From Chloroflexota bacterium (GTDB taxonomy: Bacteria > Chloroflexota > Dehalococcoidia > GIF9 > AB-539-J10): 64,000 nt of DNA. Position 1 is the stretch's first letter; each line of letters begins with the position of its first letter. Location: the NCBI GenBank assembly GCA_034722275.1, contig JAYENW010000001.1, positions 4,418-68,417 on the forward strand, read 5' to 3'. The notes beneath the pieces were generated by a model. The model made no database searches. It saw only the letters and a list, made by a program, of their open reading frames with translations, and was not told the origin of the DNA. Shown here piece by piece: positions 21,087 to 30,925 of the stretch. The translations under genes were made by a program, and so were the position numbers.

Positions 21087-23153
21087 TTACTTAGTTACAA
21101 TTTGCTCACTCAAGGTAGCGGGTAATTCTTCATAATCGTGAAACTGCATTGTGTGACTTGCCCTTCCCTGGCTGAGAGACCTTAAATCGCTGGTAAAACC
21201 AAAAGTTTCTGCTAATGGGATAAAACAGCGGATGGAGAAGAAATCCTCATGGCTTTCGGTGCGTGTAATACGGGCTCTGCGAGAATTCAGATTTCCCATG
21301 ATATCTCCCAGGAATTCCACAGGAGTCATTATCTCCATTTCCATAATGGGTTCAAGAAGCACAGGTTTAGCTTTCTTTAAGCCACCTTTGATGGCTAAAG
21401 AAGCTGCCATCCTAAAGGCGAGATCTGAGGAATCAACTTCATGGTAACTGCCATCGTACAAAGTTACTTTAATGTCTACTGTGGGGTAACCTGCCAAAAC
21501 TCCGCCTTGTAAAGCCCCTTTCACGCCTGTTTCTACTGCCGGGATAAATTCCCTGGGGATAGTCCCTCCTCGGATTTGCTCTGAAAATTCGAATCCCTTG
21601 CCACGATCGTTGGGCTCAAGTTTAAGCCAGACATGCCCATATTGTCCTTTGCCCCCAGATTGGCGGACAAATTTCCCTTCAGATTCTACCGTGATGGCAA
21701 TCGTTTCTTTGTAAGCTACTTGTGGCCTGCCAACGTTTACCTTTATACCATATTCGCGCAACATTCGTTCCACTAATACTTCAAGGTGAAGCTCGCCCAT
21801 GCCGCAAATAATGTTTTGACCTGTTTCTTGGTCATAGTGAACTTTAAGAGAGGGATCCTCGGCAGTAAGCTTGCTCAGGGTATCGTCTAGTTTATCCTGA
21901 TCAGCTTTGCTTTTGGGTTCAATGGACCTAGAGAGCACGGGCTCAGCAAATCGTATACGTTCAAAAAGCACGGGCCGTGAAACTTCACAAAGACTATCAC
22001 CTGTGGATGTCTTTTTCAGTCCTAAAGCAGCTATAATGCTTCCCGTATCAGCACAATCAACTTCCTTGCGATAATTGGCGTGCATGATATATAGCTTACC
22101 CAGGCGTTCCTTCTCGGCGATAGTGGAGTTAAGAACCTGCGCTCCGACAGGTATTCTGCCTGAGTAGACACGCATGTAAGTCAATCTTCCCATAAAAGGG
22201 TCTGAAACCGTCTTGAATGCTAGAGCTGAGAAAGGTTCATCATCGCTTGGCGTGAGAAAAGCTTCTTTCTCTCCTTTAATCCTTCTGGCGCGTATGCTGG
22301 GGATATCAAGAGGGGAAGGAAGGTAATCTATAATGGCATCAAGCAGTGGGTGAATTCCTTTGCCTCTGAGGGCACTGCCACAAAGAACCGGCACTATTTT
22401 ATTAGAAATGGTCAATCTCCTTATAGCTGTCTTGAGCTTGGAAACGGGTATTTCCTGTCCTTCAAGATATATTGTCATAATGTCATCATCATTCTCAGCC
22501 AACATCTCGATCAATGTCTGGCGGTAACTAGCAGCTGTATTCATAACGTTCTCTGGAATGGGCTTCTCTGTTGGTTCTATATTAGGGTCATCAGAGAAGA
22601 CAAATGCTTTCCTTTCCACAAGGTCTATCAAGCCTTCAAAGGTGTCCTCGGAGCCCAGCGGAATCTGTATCAGCAGTGGGTTAGCCTGCAAGCGTTTATT
22701 GATTGAAGACACGGTGTAGTCAAGATTAGCGCCAGCCCTATCCATTTTGTTGACAAAGCAAATTCTCGCTACTTTATATTTATCTGCCTGCCGCCACACA
22801 GTTTCAGATTGAGCTTCTACTCCAGCCACGCCATCAAAAACTACCACGCCGCCGTCCAAAACTCGAAGGCTGCGTTCTACTTCAACAGTAAAATCTACAT
22901 GACCTGGAGTATCAATTATATTTATGCAGTGGTCACGCCAATAGCAGGTAGTAGCTGCTGCTGTGATGGTGATGCCACGCTCTTTCTCTTGCTCCATCCA
23001 GTCCATTGCTGCTGTTCCTTCGTCCACGTTTCCAATTTTGTAGGTACGCCCTGTACGATAGAGAATCCTCTCTGTAGTCGTGGTCTTACCGGCATCTATG
23101 TGGGCGATAATCCCTATGTTTCTTACCTTCTCCAAAGGAAAAGCCCGTGACAT
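21087..23153 (-). CDS. fusA: Elongation factor G
   Basis: MSRAFPLEKVRNIGIIAHIDAGKTTTTERIL, DTPGHVDF, NKMDR; start trimmed to ATG 23151-23153. Confidence 0.95.
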   Translation of the reverse strand: MSRAFPLEKVRNIGIIAHIDAGKTTTTERILYRTGRTYKIGNVDEGTAAMDWMEQEKERGITITAAATTCYWRDHCINIIDTPGHVDFTVEVERSLRVLDGGVVVFDGVAGVEAQSETVWRQADKYKVARICFVNKMDRAGANLDYTVSSINKRLQANPLLIQIPLGSEDTFEGLIDLVERKAFVFSDDPNIEPTEKPIPENVMNTAASYRQTLIEMLAENDDDIMTIYLEGQEIPVSKLKTAIRRLTISNKIVPVLCGSALRGKGIHPLLDAIIDYLPSPLDIPSIRARRIKGEKEAFLTPSDDEPFSALAFKTVSDPFMGRLTYMRVYSGRIPVGAQVLNSTIAEKERLGKLYIMHANYRKEVDCADTGSIIAALGLKKTSTGDSLCEVSRPVLFERIRFAEPVLSRSIEPKSKADQDKLDDTLSKLTAEDPSLKVHYDQETGQNIICGMGELHLEVLVERMLREYGIKVNVGRPQVAYKETIAITVESEGKFVRQSGGKGQYGHVWLKLEPNDRGKGFEFSEQIRGGTIPREFIPAVETGVKGALQGGVLAGYPTVDIKVTLYDGSYHEVDSSDLAFRMAASLAIKGGLKKAKPVLLEPIMEMEIMTPVEFLGDIMGNLNSRRARITRTESHEDFFSIRCFIPLAETFGFTSDLRSLSQGRASHTMQFHDYEELPATLSEQIVTK

Positions 23154-23195
23154 AAGTCTATCCCTTGCCTTAAGTATTGTCTTCAATATGATTCC

Positions 23196-23669
23196 TCACC
23201 AGCGGAAATGAGCGAAAGCTTTGTTAGCCTGAGCCATCCTGTGAATATCCTCACGCTTTTTGATTGTTGCCCCTCGACCTTCTATCGCATCAACAAGCTC
23301 ATGGGACAACTTTTCCTCTATGGATTTACCCCCACGCGTTCGTGCTGAGGAAATCAGCCAGCGTATAGCGAGGCTTTGCCCACGATGTGGCTCTACCTCC
23401 ATGGGAACCTGATAAGTAGCACCTCCCACGCGGCGGGGTCTAACCATGAGAAGTGGTGTGGCACTTTTGATAGCACCTTCCAGGATTTCTACAGGCTCTT
23501 TACCTAGTTGTTCGCTGGCAAGCTCCAGTGCGCTGTAAACAATGTGCTCTGCTGTAGCTTTTTGTCCTCGCAACATCACCTTGTTAATAAACTTAGCTAT
23601 AGTAACATTATTATATTTAGCCTCTGGAGGCGTTATTCTTTTCGATGTTCTCTTAGTTTTCCTTGGCAT
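23196..23669 (-). CDS. rpsG: 30S ribosomal protein S7
   Basis: MPRKTKRTSKRITPPEAKYNNVTIAKFINKVMLRGQK uS7. Confidence 0.95.
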   Translation of the reverse strand: MPRKTKRTSKRITPPEAKYNNVTIAKFINKVMLRGQKATAEHIVYSALELASEQLGKEPVEILEGAIKSATPLLMVRPRRVGGATYQVPMEVEPHRGQSLAIRWLISSARTRGGKSIEEKLSHELVDAIEGRGATIKKREDIHRMAQANKAFAHFRW

Positions 23670-23680
23670 CTGAGCTCCTG

Positions 23681-24106
23681 TTATTGCGTTGTCGCCTTCA
23701 GCTTCTTGGCTCCATATCTACTGCGGCCTCGTTTTCGGTCGGCCACCCCTTCTGTGTCCAAGGTACCCCGGATGATATGATAGCGAACTCCAGGGACATC
23801 CTTAAGTCTGCCGCCACGAACTAAAACCACTGAATGTTCTTGTAAGTTATGTCCTTCACCGGGAATGTAAGCATTCACCTCCATACCGTTTGTTAACCTT
23901 ACCTTGGCAACTTTGCGCAGTGCCGAATTAGGTTTTTTAGGTGTAACAGTTTTTACCTGGATACATACACCTCTTTTCTGAGGTGATCCCGTGGTCCAGT
24001 TAGTCCTACTCTTCATTGCATTATAGATAAGATGCAATGAAGGCGCTTTACTTCGTTTCTTGCGCTTCACCCGCCCCTTATGTACAAGCTGATTACTCGT
24101 TGGCAT
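23681..24106 (-). CDS. rpsL: 30S ribosomal protein S12 (141 aa, ~13-aa insertion before PQKRGVC)
   Basis: [12 protein letters not shown]...PQKRGVC...[19 protein letters not shown]...[18 protein letters not shown] uS12. Confidence 0.95.
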   Translation of the reverse strand: MPTSNQLVHKGRVKRKKRSKAPSLHLIYNAMKSRTNWTTGSPQKRGVCIQVKTVTPKKPNSALRKVAKVRLTNGMEVNAYIPGEGHNLQEHSVVLVRGGRLKDVPGVRYHIIRGTLDTEGVADRKRGRSRYGAKKLKATTQ

Positions 24107-24254
24107 TGTTACTGCTCTTATAAATTTATTTATGCAATCAAAAAGCCGTCTGGTTATACGCCACTCTACTTATTGGAAAAATTTGTGCTCGGTTTTAGCC
24201 AGCCAGCTTTTCTATTTCTCTGGTCTTTTCACCTTAAGTAGACCGCAAACAATC

Positions 24255-24284
24255 AATCTAACATAGATAGATAAAATATGTCAA
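24255..24284 (-). promoter_or_regulatory. Candidate sigma70-like promoter for str operon (TTGACA-N18-TAGATT on minus strand)
   Basis: Minus-strand TTGACA at 24284-24279 and TAGATT at 24260-24255, ~150 nt upstream of rpsL ATG; by-eye only. Confidence 0.25.
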
Positions 24285-24303
24285 ACAAAACGTGTGCTGC
24301 GTG

Positions 24304-25158
24304 TCAGATATGGCTTTGCTCCAGAAGTATGTTATCTATCAATCTTGTCTTGCCTATTTTGACAGCTAGGGAGGCTAGGGCTGGAGGTTTGATTATTTTC
24401 AATTCTTCTAAGGTATTGACATCTACAATGCTGATATAATTGATTTTGGCTAAAGGTTCTTTTTCAATCCGTGAAGTCATCTGGCGGCGAATTTGGTCGG
24501 CATCTTTTTCACCTTGTTGCCACAATTCCTTGGCTAGAGAGAGAGCTTTAAACAGGACTGTAGCCGCCGGGCGCTCTTCAGGATCGAGGTAAGTATTGCG
24601 GCTGCTCATAGCCAGGCCATCGCTTTCTCTCACCGTGGGCACAACCACAATTTCCAAGTCCATGTTGAGGTCAGCAACCATTCTCTTGATAACCATGGAC
24701 TGTTGGGCATCTTTTTGTCCAAAGTAAGCTCTGGTCGGCTGGATGATATTGAATAGTTTACCCACTACTGTGGCTACGCCTCTGAAGTGTCCCGGACGGC
24801 ACGCCCCCTCAAGCTTTGCAGTAATGCCTTCGACATCTATCCAGGTGTTAAACCTTGCAGGATACATCTCTTCTTCAGAAGGAATAAAGACGATGTCTGT
24901 TTTCTCTTGCTCCAGGAGTTTCAAGTCGCGCTTGAGGTCTCGAGGGTAGACAGTGAGATCTTCGCTGGGGGCAAATTGTGTGGGGTTAACAAAGATGCTG
25001 GCTACAACGACACCAGTTTCCGCTCTGGCTTGTTTTACCAGAGCGAGGTGACCATTGTGAAGATAGCCCATGGTGGCTACAAAACCTACTGAACCGCTTA
25101 ACTGCTGCCTTAATTTTCTTATCCCTGAAATTGTCTTTAAAACCTGCATCTTCGCCAT
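24304..25158 (-). CDS. panC: Pantoate--beta-alanine ligase
   Basis: VATMGYLHNGHLAL HIGH-like motif, 284 aa. Confidence 0.9.
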   Translation of the reverse strand: MAKMQVLKTISGIRKLRQQLSGSVGFVATMGYLHNGHLALVKQARAETGVVVASIFVNPTQFAPSEDLTVYPRDLKRDLKLLEQEKTDIVFIPSEEEMYPARFNTWIDVEGITAKLEGACRPGHFRGVATVVGKLFNIIQPTRAYFGQKDAQQSMVIKRMVADLNMDLEIVVVPTVRESDGLAMSSRNTYLDPEERPAATVLFKALSLAKELWQQGEKDADQIRRQMTSRIEKEPLAKINYISIVDVNTLEELKIIKPPALASLAVKIGKTRLIDNILLEQSHI

Positions 25159-25246
25159 TAATCCTCTACTTCTAAAAAGGGACGCCTTATGAGCTTTGTC
25201 TTCAGTAACGGAGGGGGCTAACTTTCATACTGTGAAGCTCTCTTCA

Positions 25247-26089
25247 TCAAGAAAGAGACAAGGTGTCCAGTTCCTTGAGTAGATTTTCATCCATGATGTA
25301 GCTCTGCTTCGTGGTAGGGAAATCAACGGATTTGACTTCAGCCATATAAATTTTGATGGCACTTTGCATTTCCTCAGCTAACTTAGCATATTGCTTGGTG
25401 TGTTTGGGCACGAAGTCGGTGAAGAGGCCTAAAATGTCGCTGATCACTTGAACTTGGCCGTCGCAATCAGGGCCGGCGCCAATGCCAATTGTCGGGATGT
25501 TTGCCTTTTGGCTGATCAGCTTGGACAGAGGTGCTGGTATACATTCCAAAACAATGGAAAATGCGCCAGCTTCCTCCAGGATTTGGGCGTCCAGAAGCAG
25601 TTTTTTAGCCATCTCTGTTGTTTTCCCCTGCACTTTGAACCCGCCTAATTGATATATTGATTGTGGAGTAAGCCCGATGTGCCCCATAACGGGGATTCCG
25701 CAATCAACGATCCTTCTTACTTTTTCAGCAACAACCTCACCCCCCTCCAATTTCACTGCCTGTGCTCCCCCCTCTTGAATAAAGCGCCCCGCATTATATA
25801 GAGCATCGGAAACGCTGGTGTGATAGGTCATGAAAGGCATGTCTCCCACAATTAAGGCTTTTCGGGCACCTCTCACTACAGCTTTGGTGTGATGTAACAT
25901 TTCCTCCATGGTTACCGGGATGGTCGTCTCATATCCCAGGATTACCATGCCGAGGCTATCACCAACTAATATCAAAGGTATACCAGCCTCATCAATCACC
26001 TTGGCAGTGACATAGTCATAAGCAGTGAGCATAGGTATTTTTTCCTTCTTTTGCTTCATCTCTTTTATCTCATTGATGCTGACTCGCAT
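25247..26089 (-). CDS. panB: 3-methyl-2-oxobutanoate hydroxymethyltransferase
   Basis: ...[33 protein letters not shown]... PanB. Confidence 0.9.
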   Translation of the reverse strand: MRVSINEIKEMKQKKEKIPMLTAYDYVTAKVIDEAGIPLILVGDSLGMVILGYETTIPVTMEEMLHHTKAVVRGARKALIVGDMPFMTYHTSVSDALYNAGRFIQEGGAQAVKLEGGEVVAEKVRRIVDCGIPVMGHIGLTPQSIYQLGGFKVQGKTTEMAKKLLLDAQILEEAGAFSIVLECIPAPLSKLISQKANIPTIGIGAGPDCDGQVQVISDILGLFTDFVPKHTKQYAKLAEEMQSAIKIYMAEVKSVDFPTTKQSYIMDENLLKELDTLSLS

Positions 26090-26174
26090 AGTATCACCCT
26101 AGCTTTTATTCAGGATTGTTTCGTTACTTCTTTGCTTTGTTTAGAATTTCAACGCACAGTGGCTTACAGGAAGT

Positions 26175-26573
26175 TCAAAAGGACAGTTCGGCTGCTACCA
26201 GGTCTTTCATCCGGGAGTCCTCTTTTAGCTCCAGAATCTCATTTTTACTGTTTACGTAAACCATGGTTGGTATCATGTTCGTCGCTTCATCGTTGGGAAC
26301 CTGACAATAGGACAAGATGATGACTATGTCACCTTTTGCCACCAGTCTGGCAGCAGCGCCATTGATACCGATTACTCCTGAGTTTGCCTCTCCTTCAATA
26401 GTGTAGGTACTGAATCTGGCTCCGTTATTGATGTTTAATACGTCTACCCGCTCAAAAGGTAAAATGTCACTAGCCTCCATGAGGGTTTTGTCGATAGTGA
26501 TGCTGCCTTCATAATCCACATTGACTTCAGTAATCCAGGCTCGGTGAATCTTACTCTTTAACATAACTCTCAT
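26175..26573 (-). CDS. panD: Aspartate 1-decarboxylase
   Basis: [25 protein letters not shown] (self-processing G-S site), 132 aa. Confidence 0.9.
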   Translation of the reverse strand: MRVMLKSKIHRAWITEVNVDYEGSITIDKTLMEASDILPFERVDVLNINNGARFSTYTIEGEANSGVIGINGAAARLVAKGDIVIILSYCQVPNDEATNMIPTMVYVNSKNEILELKEDSRMKDLVAAELSF

Positions 26574-26587
26574 TTTTCCCTCCTTCT

Positions 26588-27445
26588 TTATATTCCAATT
26601 AGAGTCTTTAATTCTTCGGCTTTATTTGCATCAATAGTGCCTTTGGCCAAAGCAATAGGAATAGTCTGAGATGCTAATTCCTTGTAGGTGGTGAGCTTGG
26701 TGGGATCCCTGGCCGCGAGGGCATTCAAGTGCCTGCTTATGGTGCCTATATCTCCACGGGATATAGGTCCTGTGAGGCAGCCAGGTGAGCCAATATTGTC
26801 GATGTTATTTACTGCCCCCTGAAGCAAAGGTAGCAAGGCGTTAGTTGCTCTTGCCGGCGGCACTCCAAAAATTTGCCATAAATCTAAGGCCATCTTAACC
26901 AGGGTTACCAGATAATTAGATACGAAGACAGCGGCTATGTGGTATAGTACCTTATCCTCTGGCTTGAGTTCTACCCAGTTGCCCTTTAACAGTGAAGCAA
27001 ATTCCTTCAGGCTAGATAATAGAGGCTCCTCAGCCTCTAAAGCAAAGGTAGAGCCTGGCAAATTCTTCATAGCCTGTTCGACATTAGCGAAAGTCTGGAG
27101 TGGGTGGAAGGAGCCCACTTTAGCCCCAAATTGCCTGGCCGGTTCTAAGATATCACTGGAATAAGCACCACTACAATGCACTACATTCTGGTCTATGTGC
27201 CATTGAATCTTGTTGGCTGCTTTGGAAATGACGTCATCAGGTGTGGTGATGAAAACTAACTCGGCAACATCAGCCACTTCTTGTGCGCTGTGGTAAATCT
27301 GGCAGCCAGTTACAAGGTTGGCTAAATTTTGTGCTGAGGATAAACTTCGGCTGAACACAGCTATAACTGGGCAGCCTTTTTCAAAGAGCCTTGTTGCTAA
27401 AGCTGTGCCCACCATTCCCGCACCGATGAAGCCAACCTTGTACAT
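26588..27445 (-). CDS. Rossmann-fold NAD(P)-dependent oxidoreductase with DUF2520-like C-terminus; putative alternative ketopantoate reductase (PanG-like)
   Basis: [17 protein letters not shown] dinucleotide-binding fold; sits 14 nt upstream of panD-panB-panC; start taken at ATG 27443-27445 (ORF-track extension runs through a hairpin). Confidence 0.6.
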   Translation of the reverse strand: MYKVGFIGAGMVGTALATRLFEKGCPVIAVFSRSLSSAQNLANLVTGCQIYHSAQEVADVAELVFITTPDDVISKAANKIQWHIDQNVVHCSGAYSSDILEPARQFGAKVGSFHPLQTFANVEQAMKNLPGSTFALEAEEPLLSSLKEFASLLKGNWVELKPEDKVLYHIAAVFVSNYLVTLVKMALDLWQIFGVPPARATNALLPLLQGAVNNIDNIGSPGCLTGPISRGDIGTISRHLNALAARDPTKLTTYKELASQTIPIALAKGTIDANKAEELKTLIGI

Positions 27446-27448
27446 AGT

Positions 27449-27479
27449 AATAAAAAATCCTCTCGGCATAACCGAGAGG
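27449..27479 (-). terminator. GC-rich hairpin + U-tract (intrinsic terminator / RBS-sequestering attenuator candidate)
   Basis: Minus-strand RNA CCUCUCGG-UUAU-GCCGAGAGG followed by AUUUUUUAUU, ending 4 nt before the panG-like ATG; 3' arm contains the GAGAGG SD-like sequence; ~130 nt downstream of surE stop. Confidence 0.5.
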
Positions 27480-27611
27480 ATTTTAAACTGCACTCTTTCT
27501 CCCGTCTCGGTCGTTGCCGATCCAAGCGGAAACTTTATTTATCTTAAATTACACGCTCGCTGCCTTCTAGGTCAACCGCGTTTCTCATCTTAGCATAATT
27601 GGCGTAAATTG

Positions 27612-28397
27612 TCAAAAACTACACAGACCCCCATAAATTGCAGGTAACAAGCTTTGAAGGCGGGTCTTGAGAGAGTTAGCACCAAGACTATTTAACAGGG
27701 GAGTGATGGAGACCTTATCTAGTTGTAAAGCCCATATGTCCGTTCCCTGCTTGGCATAGACACTATCTTTATTATTCCGCAGAATTCGGTAACATTCCTC
27801 CTCACAATTGTAGTCCTTTTCCACTCTATCGCAATAACTTTGGTTGCTCAGCTCGGTAACTTCGATTCCCATAATTTTTTCTGGGGGCAAATTGGGTAGG
27901 GTAATATTAAGTAAAAGTTCTTTTGATAAATCCTTATTCTTAATCTTAGCTGCGAGTAGAGCTACTAGTTTAGCAGCAGCCTCAAAAGTTAAGTTTTCAT
28001 AGGCATAGAGCGAGACTGCTAAGGAGGGGATATTACGCAAATAACCGTGAAAGGCAGCACCCACAGTGCCTGAAATAAAGGCATCATAGCCTAGGTTTGC
28101 TCCTCTATTGATGCCAGAGACGACAAGGTCTAGCTCTTCTGGGAATAATGACCTAGTACCCACGATGACGCAGTCAGCGGGAGTGCCTTCCACAGCGTAA
28201 ACTTCCACTCCGCCCAAGTTAGACTTTGCTCTAGTTACTTTGATAGGGTGCCCCAGCGTGACACTGGTTCCTAGTCCGGCTTGCTCCTGTTGAGGGGCTA
28301 TTACTTTCACCTCTCCTAGTTTGCGGAGCTCCTTGACCATTGCCCAGAGGCCAGGAGCATTGATGCCATCATCATTGGTAGCTAGTATCTTCATCAA
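27612..28397 (-). CDS. surE: 5'/3'-nucleotidase SurE
   Basis: MMKILATNDDGINAPGL SurE N-terminus, 261 aa. Confidence 0.9.
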   Translation of the reverse strand: MMKILATNDDGINAPGLWAMVKELRKLGEVKVIAPQQEQAGLGTSVTLGHPIKVTRAKSNLGGVEVYAVEGTPADCVIVGTRSLFPEELDLVVSGINRGANLGYDAFISGTVGAAFHGYLRNIPSLAVSLYAYENLTFEAAAKLVALLAAKIKNKDLSKELLLNITLPNLPPEKIMGIEVTELSNQSYCDRVEKDYNCEEECYRILRNNKDSVYAKQGTDIWALQLDKVSITPLLNSLGANSLKTRLQSLLPAIYGGLCSF

Positions 28398-28422
28398 AAT
28401 TCAAAAATAGTTTCTAGTATTT

Positions 28423-28908
28423 TTATATCTGTTCTACCTTGGTGGTTATCTTCTGTAATTTATCTGGGCTCTCTATGTGATCAATGTATAAGGTGCCGTC
28501 AAGATGGTCTATTTCATGTTCCAAAGCTTGGGCGAGAAGCTCTTCGCCTTTAACATAGAATTTCTTGCCTTGGAAGTTCTGTGCCTTGACCTTAACCTTT
28601 AACGAACGTTTTAGCTCTCCCTGGTATCCGGGTACGCTTAGACAGGCCTCTGTTACTACTCTTTCTCCTTCCCTCTTGGTTATCTCGGGATTGATGAGGG
28701 TGAGGACGTCTTCTCCAGGCATTTCAATAACCGCGATGCGTAGAGATTCTCCCACCTGAGGAGCGGCTAAGCCCACTCCCGAGGCAGATCGCATGGTCTC
28801 AACCATGTTATTGATCAATCTCTGGATTGAACCATCAATAGTTGTTACGCGTTTGGCTTTGCGACGTAACACTGGATCGGGCAAGACGCGGAGCTTCAAT
28901 ACTGCCAT
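28423..28908 (-). CDS. def: Peptide deformylase
   Basis: GVGLAAPQVG, EACLSVPG, HEIDHLDG motifs. Confidence 0.95.
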   Translation of the reverse strand: MAVLKLRVLPDPVLRRKAKRVTTIDGSIQRLINNMVETMRSASGVGLAAPQVGESLRIAVIEMPGEDVLTLINPEITKREGERVVTEACLSVPGYQGELKRSLKVKVKAQNFQGKKFYVKGEELLAQALEHEIDHLDGTLYIDHIESPDKLQKITTKVEQI

Positions 28909-29288
28909 GACTTATTTTTGAAGGCTGGCAAGCGAATTTACATGAACCCCTTCTGGCTAACCTCGACATGTGTTTCAAGAAACTAGCAACTATAATACCT
29001 TTGGCTTCATCCTGTGTCAAGCTGGTTCACATAGTTTGAAAAGAAAAATTTACTTTCTCCAAAGTTGCCCGGAATTGGGCTGAATACTCTGTTTACTTCG
29101 AAGTCTCTGCTGGTCTATGATTTAGATACTTTTCGTATGAGGATCTTTTCGGGTGGTCAAGCAAGTATGGTTGCCAACCGGGATAGGGGCGAATATCACC
29201 TGGTAATGCTCGCATTCTCTTTCATTATAGCCTTTTTATTGCGCCGTGCTGACTCTTGATAGTTGCTTAATGAGGAAACCTGGAGATA

Positions 29289-29317
29289 TTGACATCGGAA
29301 GGAGAAGCAGCTATCGT
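29289..29317 (+). promoter_or_regulatory. Candidate sigma70-like promoter (TTGACA-N17-TATCGT) upstream of MFS transporter
   Basis: TTGACA 29289-29294, 17-nt spacer, TATCGT 29312-29317, ~45 nt upstream of ATG 29361; by-eye. Confidence 0.25.
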
Positions 29318-29360
29318 CATACCAAGCCGGAAAATCTAAACTGACAGAAGGAGAGATGCT

Positions 29361-30608
29361 ATGGCACGGAGTATGTCGCTGGAAACAAGGAAGTGGCTTA
29401 CACTCCTAAGTTGTGGTCTTGTTACCTGGATGCCGGGTGCCATAACCTTTGGTTTGATAGGGCTGCTCATACCTTATTGGGTAGAGAAATTTAATACCGG
29501 GGTGGCCAATGTTGCCTTAGTTATGACATTTCTCATATTATCTTTGGGGTGCGTTATGCCCTTTGCCGGGCGCATATCTGACAGGCTAGGGGCCAGAAAA
29601 ACTATGACTATCGGGGCTTTCGCAGATGCAGCTGCTGTTCTTCTTTTTCTGATTGTTCCCAATGTTCAGACGTTGTATCTATTTGCATTCCTATTTGGCG
29701 CTGGAACTTGTTTTCTGTATATACCAGCACTGACTAGTGCGCAGAAATGGCTTCAGGGGAAAAGAGGATTAGCAGCGGGAGCGGTTGACTTGTTTTTTGG
29801 TTTATCAGCAGCGTGTATGATTCCAGCTTTCCGGATGATATTTGTTAGTCATGGCTACGCTGCGGTAATAGTATTTGCCGCGGCACTTTTATTCGGAGTT
29901 TGTTTGGCATTTGCTCAATTTTCAGAATTTCCAGAGCGTACCCCTCATGGAAAGAGCATAAATTCCCGGCAAGATAAGGAAGATAAGAGTATAAGAGCAA
30001 GGGAAGAGATATCCTTCACGGTAAAACAAGCGGCAAGATGTATGCCCTTTTGGCAAATATGGATTTGTTGGGCTGCAGTGGGAGCAGCGGGAATAGGGAT
30101 GGCAGGGCTTACCACATCAATCGGTGGGTCGCTGGGTCTCACTCCCGGATTGGCAGCTACATGTTTGGTAGCTTTCAGCATAACAAATGGTGTCGGAAGG
30201 TTCGCTATGGGGGCTTTATCGGACAAAATAGGTAGAATATATACCTTGTTTTCGGCCTTTCTCATAGGAATACTAGGTTTCTTCGTCCTTGCGTTCCTTT
30301 CATCAGCTAATTTTCCTCTGATATTCACATGCGCTCTTTTTGCTGGCCTTATGTTTGGGACGCTATTTGCTATTTCAGCTTCTCTGATTATGGACTTGTT
30401 TGGAACAAAGCATTATGGGGCAATTTTCGGAATTATCTTCACAGCATACGGATTTATTGCAAGCTGGGCAGGTCCTTTCATAGGAGGCCTTCTAATGGAT
30501 AGGTCTGGAGGCAGTACCTGGACATGTGTATTGTTTGGTATTTATGCTGTGATAGCGGCGGTGGTAATTCTTTTCATCAGACATCCTGTGACAAAGAAAA
30601 TAGTGTAA
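29361..30608 (+). CDS. MFS transporter (oxalate/formate antiporter-like family)
   Basis: 415 aa, 12 hydrophobic segments, GRISDRLGARK loop 2-3 MFS motif. Confidence 0.8.
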   Translation: MARSMSLETRKWLTLLSCGLVTWMPGAITFGLIGLLIPYWVEKFNTGVANVALVMTFLILSLGCVMPFAGRISDRLGARKTMTIGAFADAAAVLLFLIVPNVQTLYLFAFLFGAGTCFLYIPALTSAQKWLQGKRGLAAGAVDLFFGLSAACMIPAFRMIFVSHGYAAVIVFAAALLFGVCLAFAQFSEFPERTPHGKSINSRQDKEDKSIRAREEISFTVKQAARCMPFWQIWICWAAVGAAGIGMAGLTTSIGGSLGLTPGLAATCLVAFSITNGVGRFAMGALSDKIGRIYTLFSAFLIGILGFFVLAFLSSANFPLIFTCALFAGLMFGTLFAISASLIMDLFGTKHYGAIFGIIFTAYGFIASWAGPFIGGLLMDRSGGSTWTCVLFGIYAVIAAVVILFIRHPVTKKIV

Positions 30609-30925
30609 CTTTTTTGGCCCTTATGGCTTTATAGAAATCCTTGAAATGGCTGGGTTATCTCCTTATCCTCAACTCAACCCGATGCCATTGCTGGCGCACT
30701 ACCACAGGGGAATGTCCAGTGCTCTGCTTGCTACAGATTCTCGCTGTTTTTGAATTACGTATTCTGCTGCCCAGTGGATATCATCCTATGGTTGAATCTT
30801 AATGTGTCGGAAGCTAGATCACGGTAGCTTGTCAGGAAAAGCGTCTCGCCCTGGATGTCTTACAAATGGAGGTCACTGCCTATCCCCGAGATGGCTAGGG
30901 ATCAAAGGTGCAGTCCCCATAGAAT

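Noticed and set aside
7653-23186. Extended N-termini given by the ORF track for rpsD, secY, rpsQ, rpmC, rplP and fusA (and panG-like at 27493)
   Set aside because: The longer forms run into the upstream gene or through a hairpin. They also add non-conserved leader sequences before the universally conserved N-terminal motifs. Starts were moved to the first start codon preceding the conserved N-terminus.
29065-29259. 64-aa ORF in the long leader upstream of the MFS transporter
   Set aside because: It has a TTG start, no SD, and no recognisable domain. It is treated as a chance ORF within a regulatory region.
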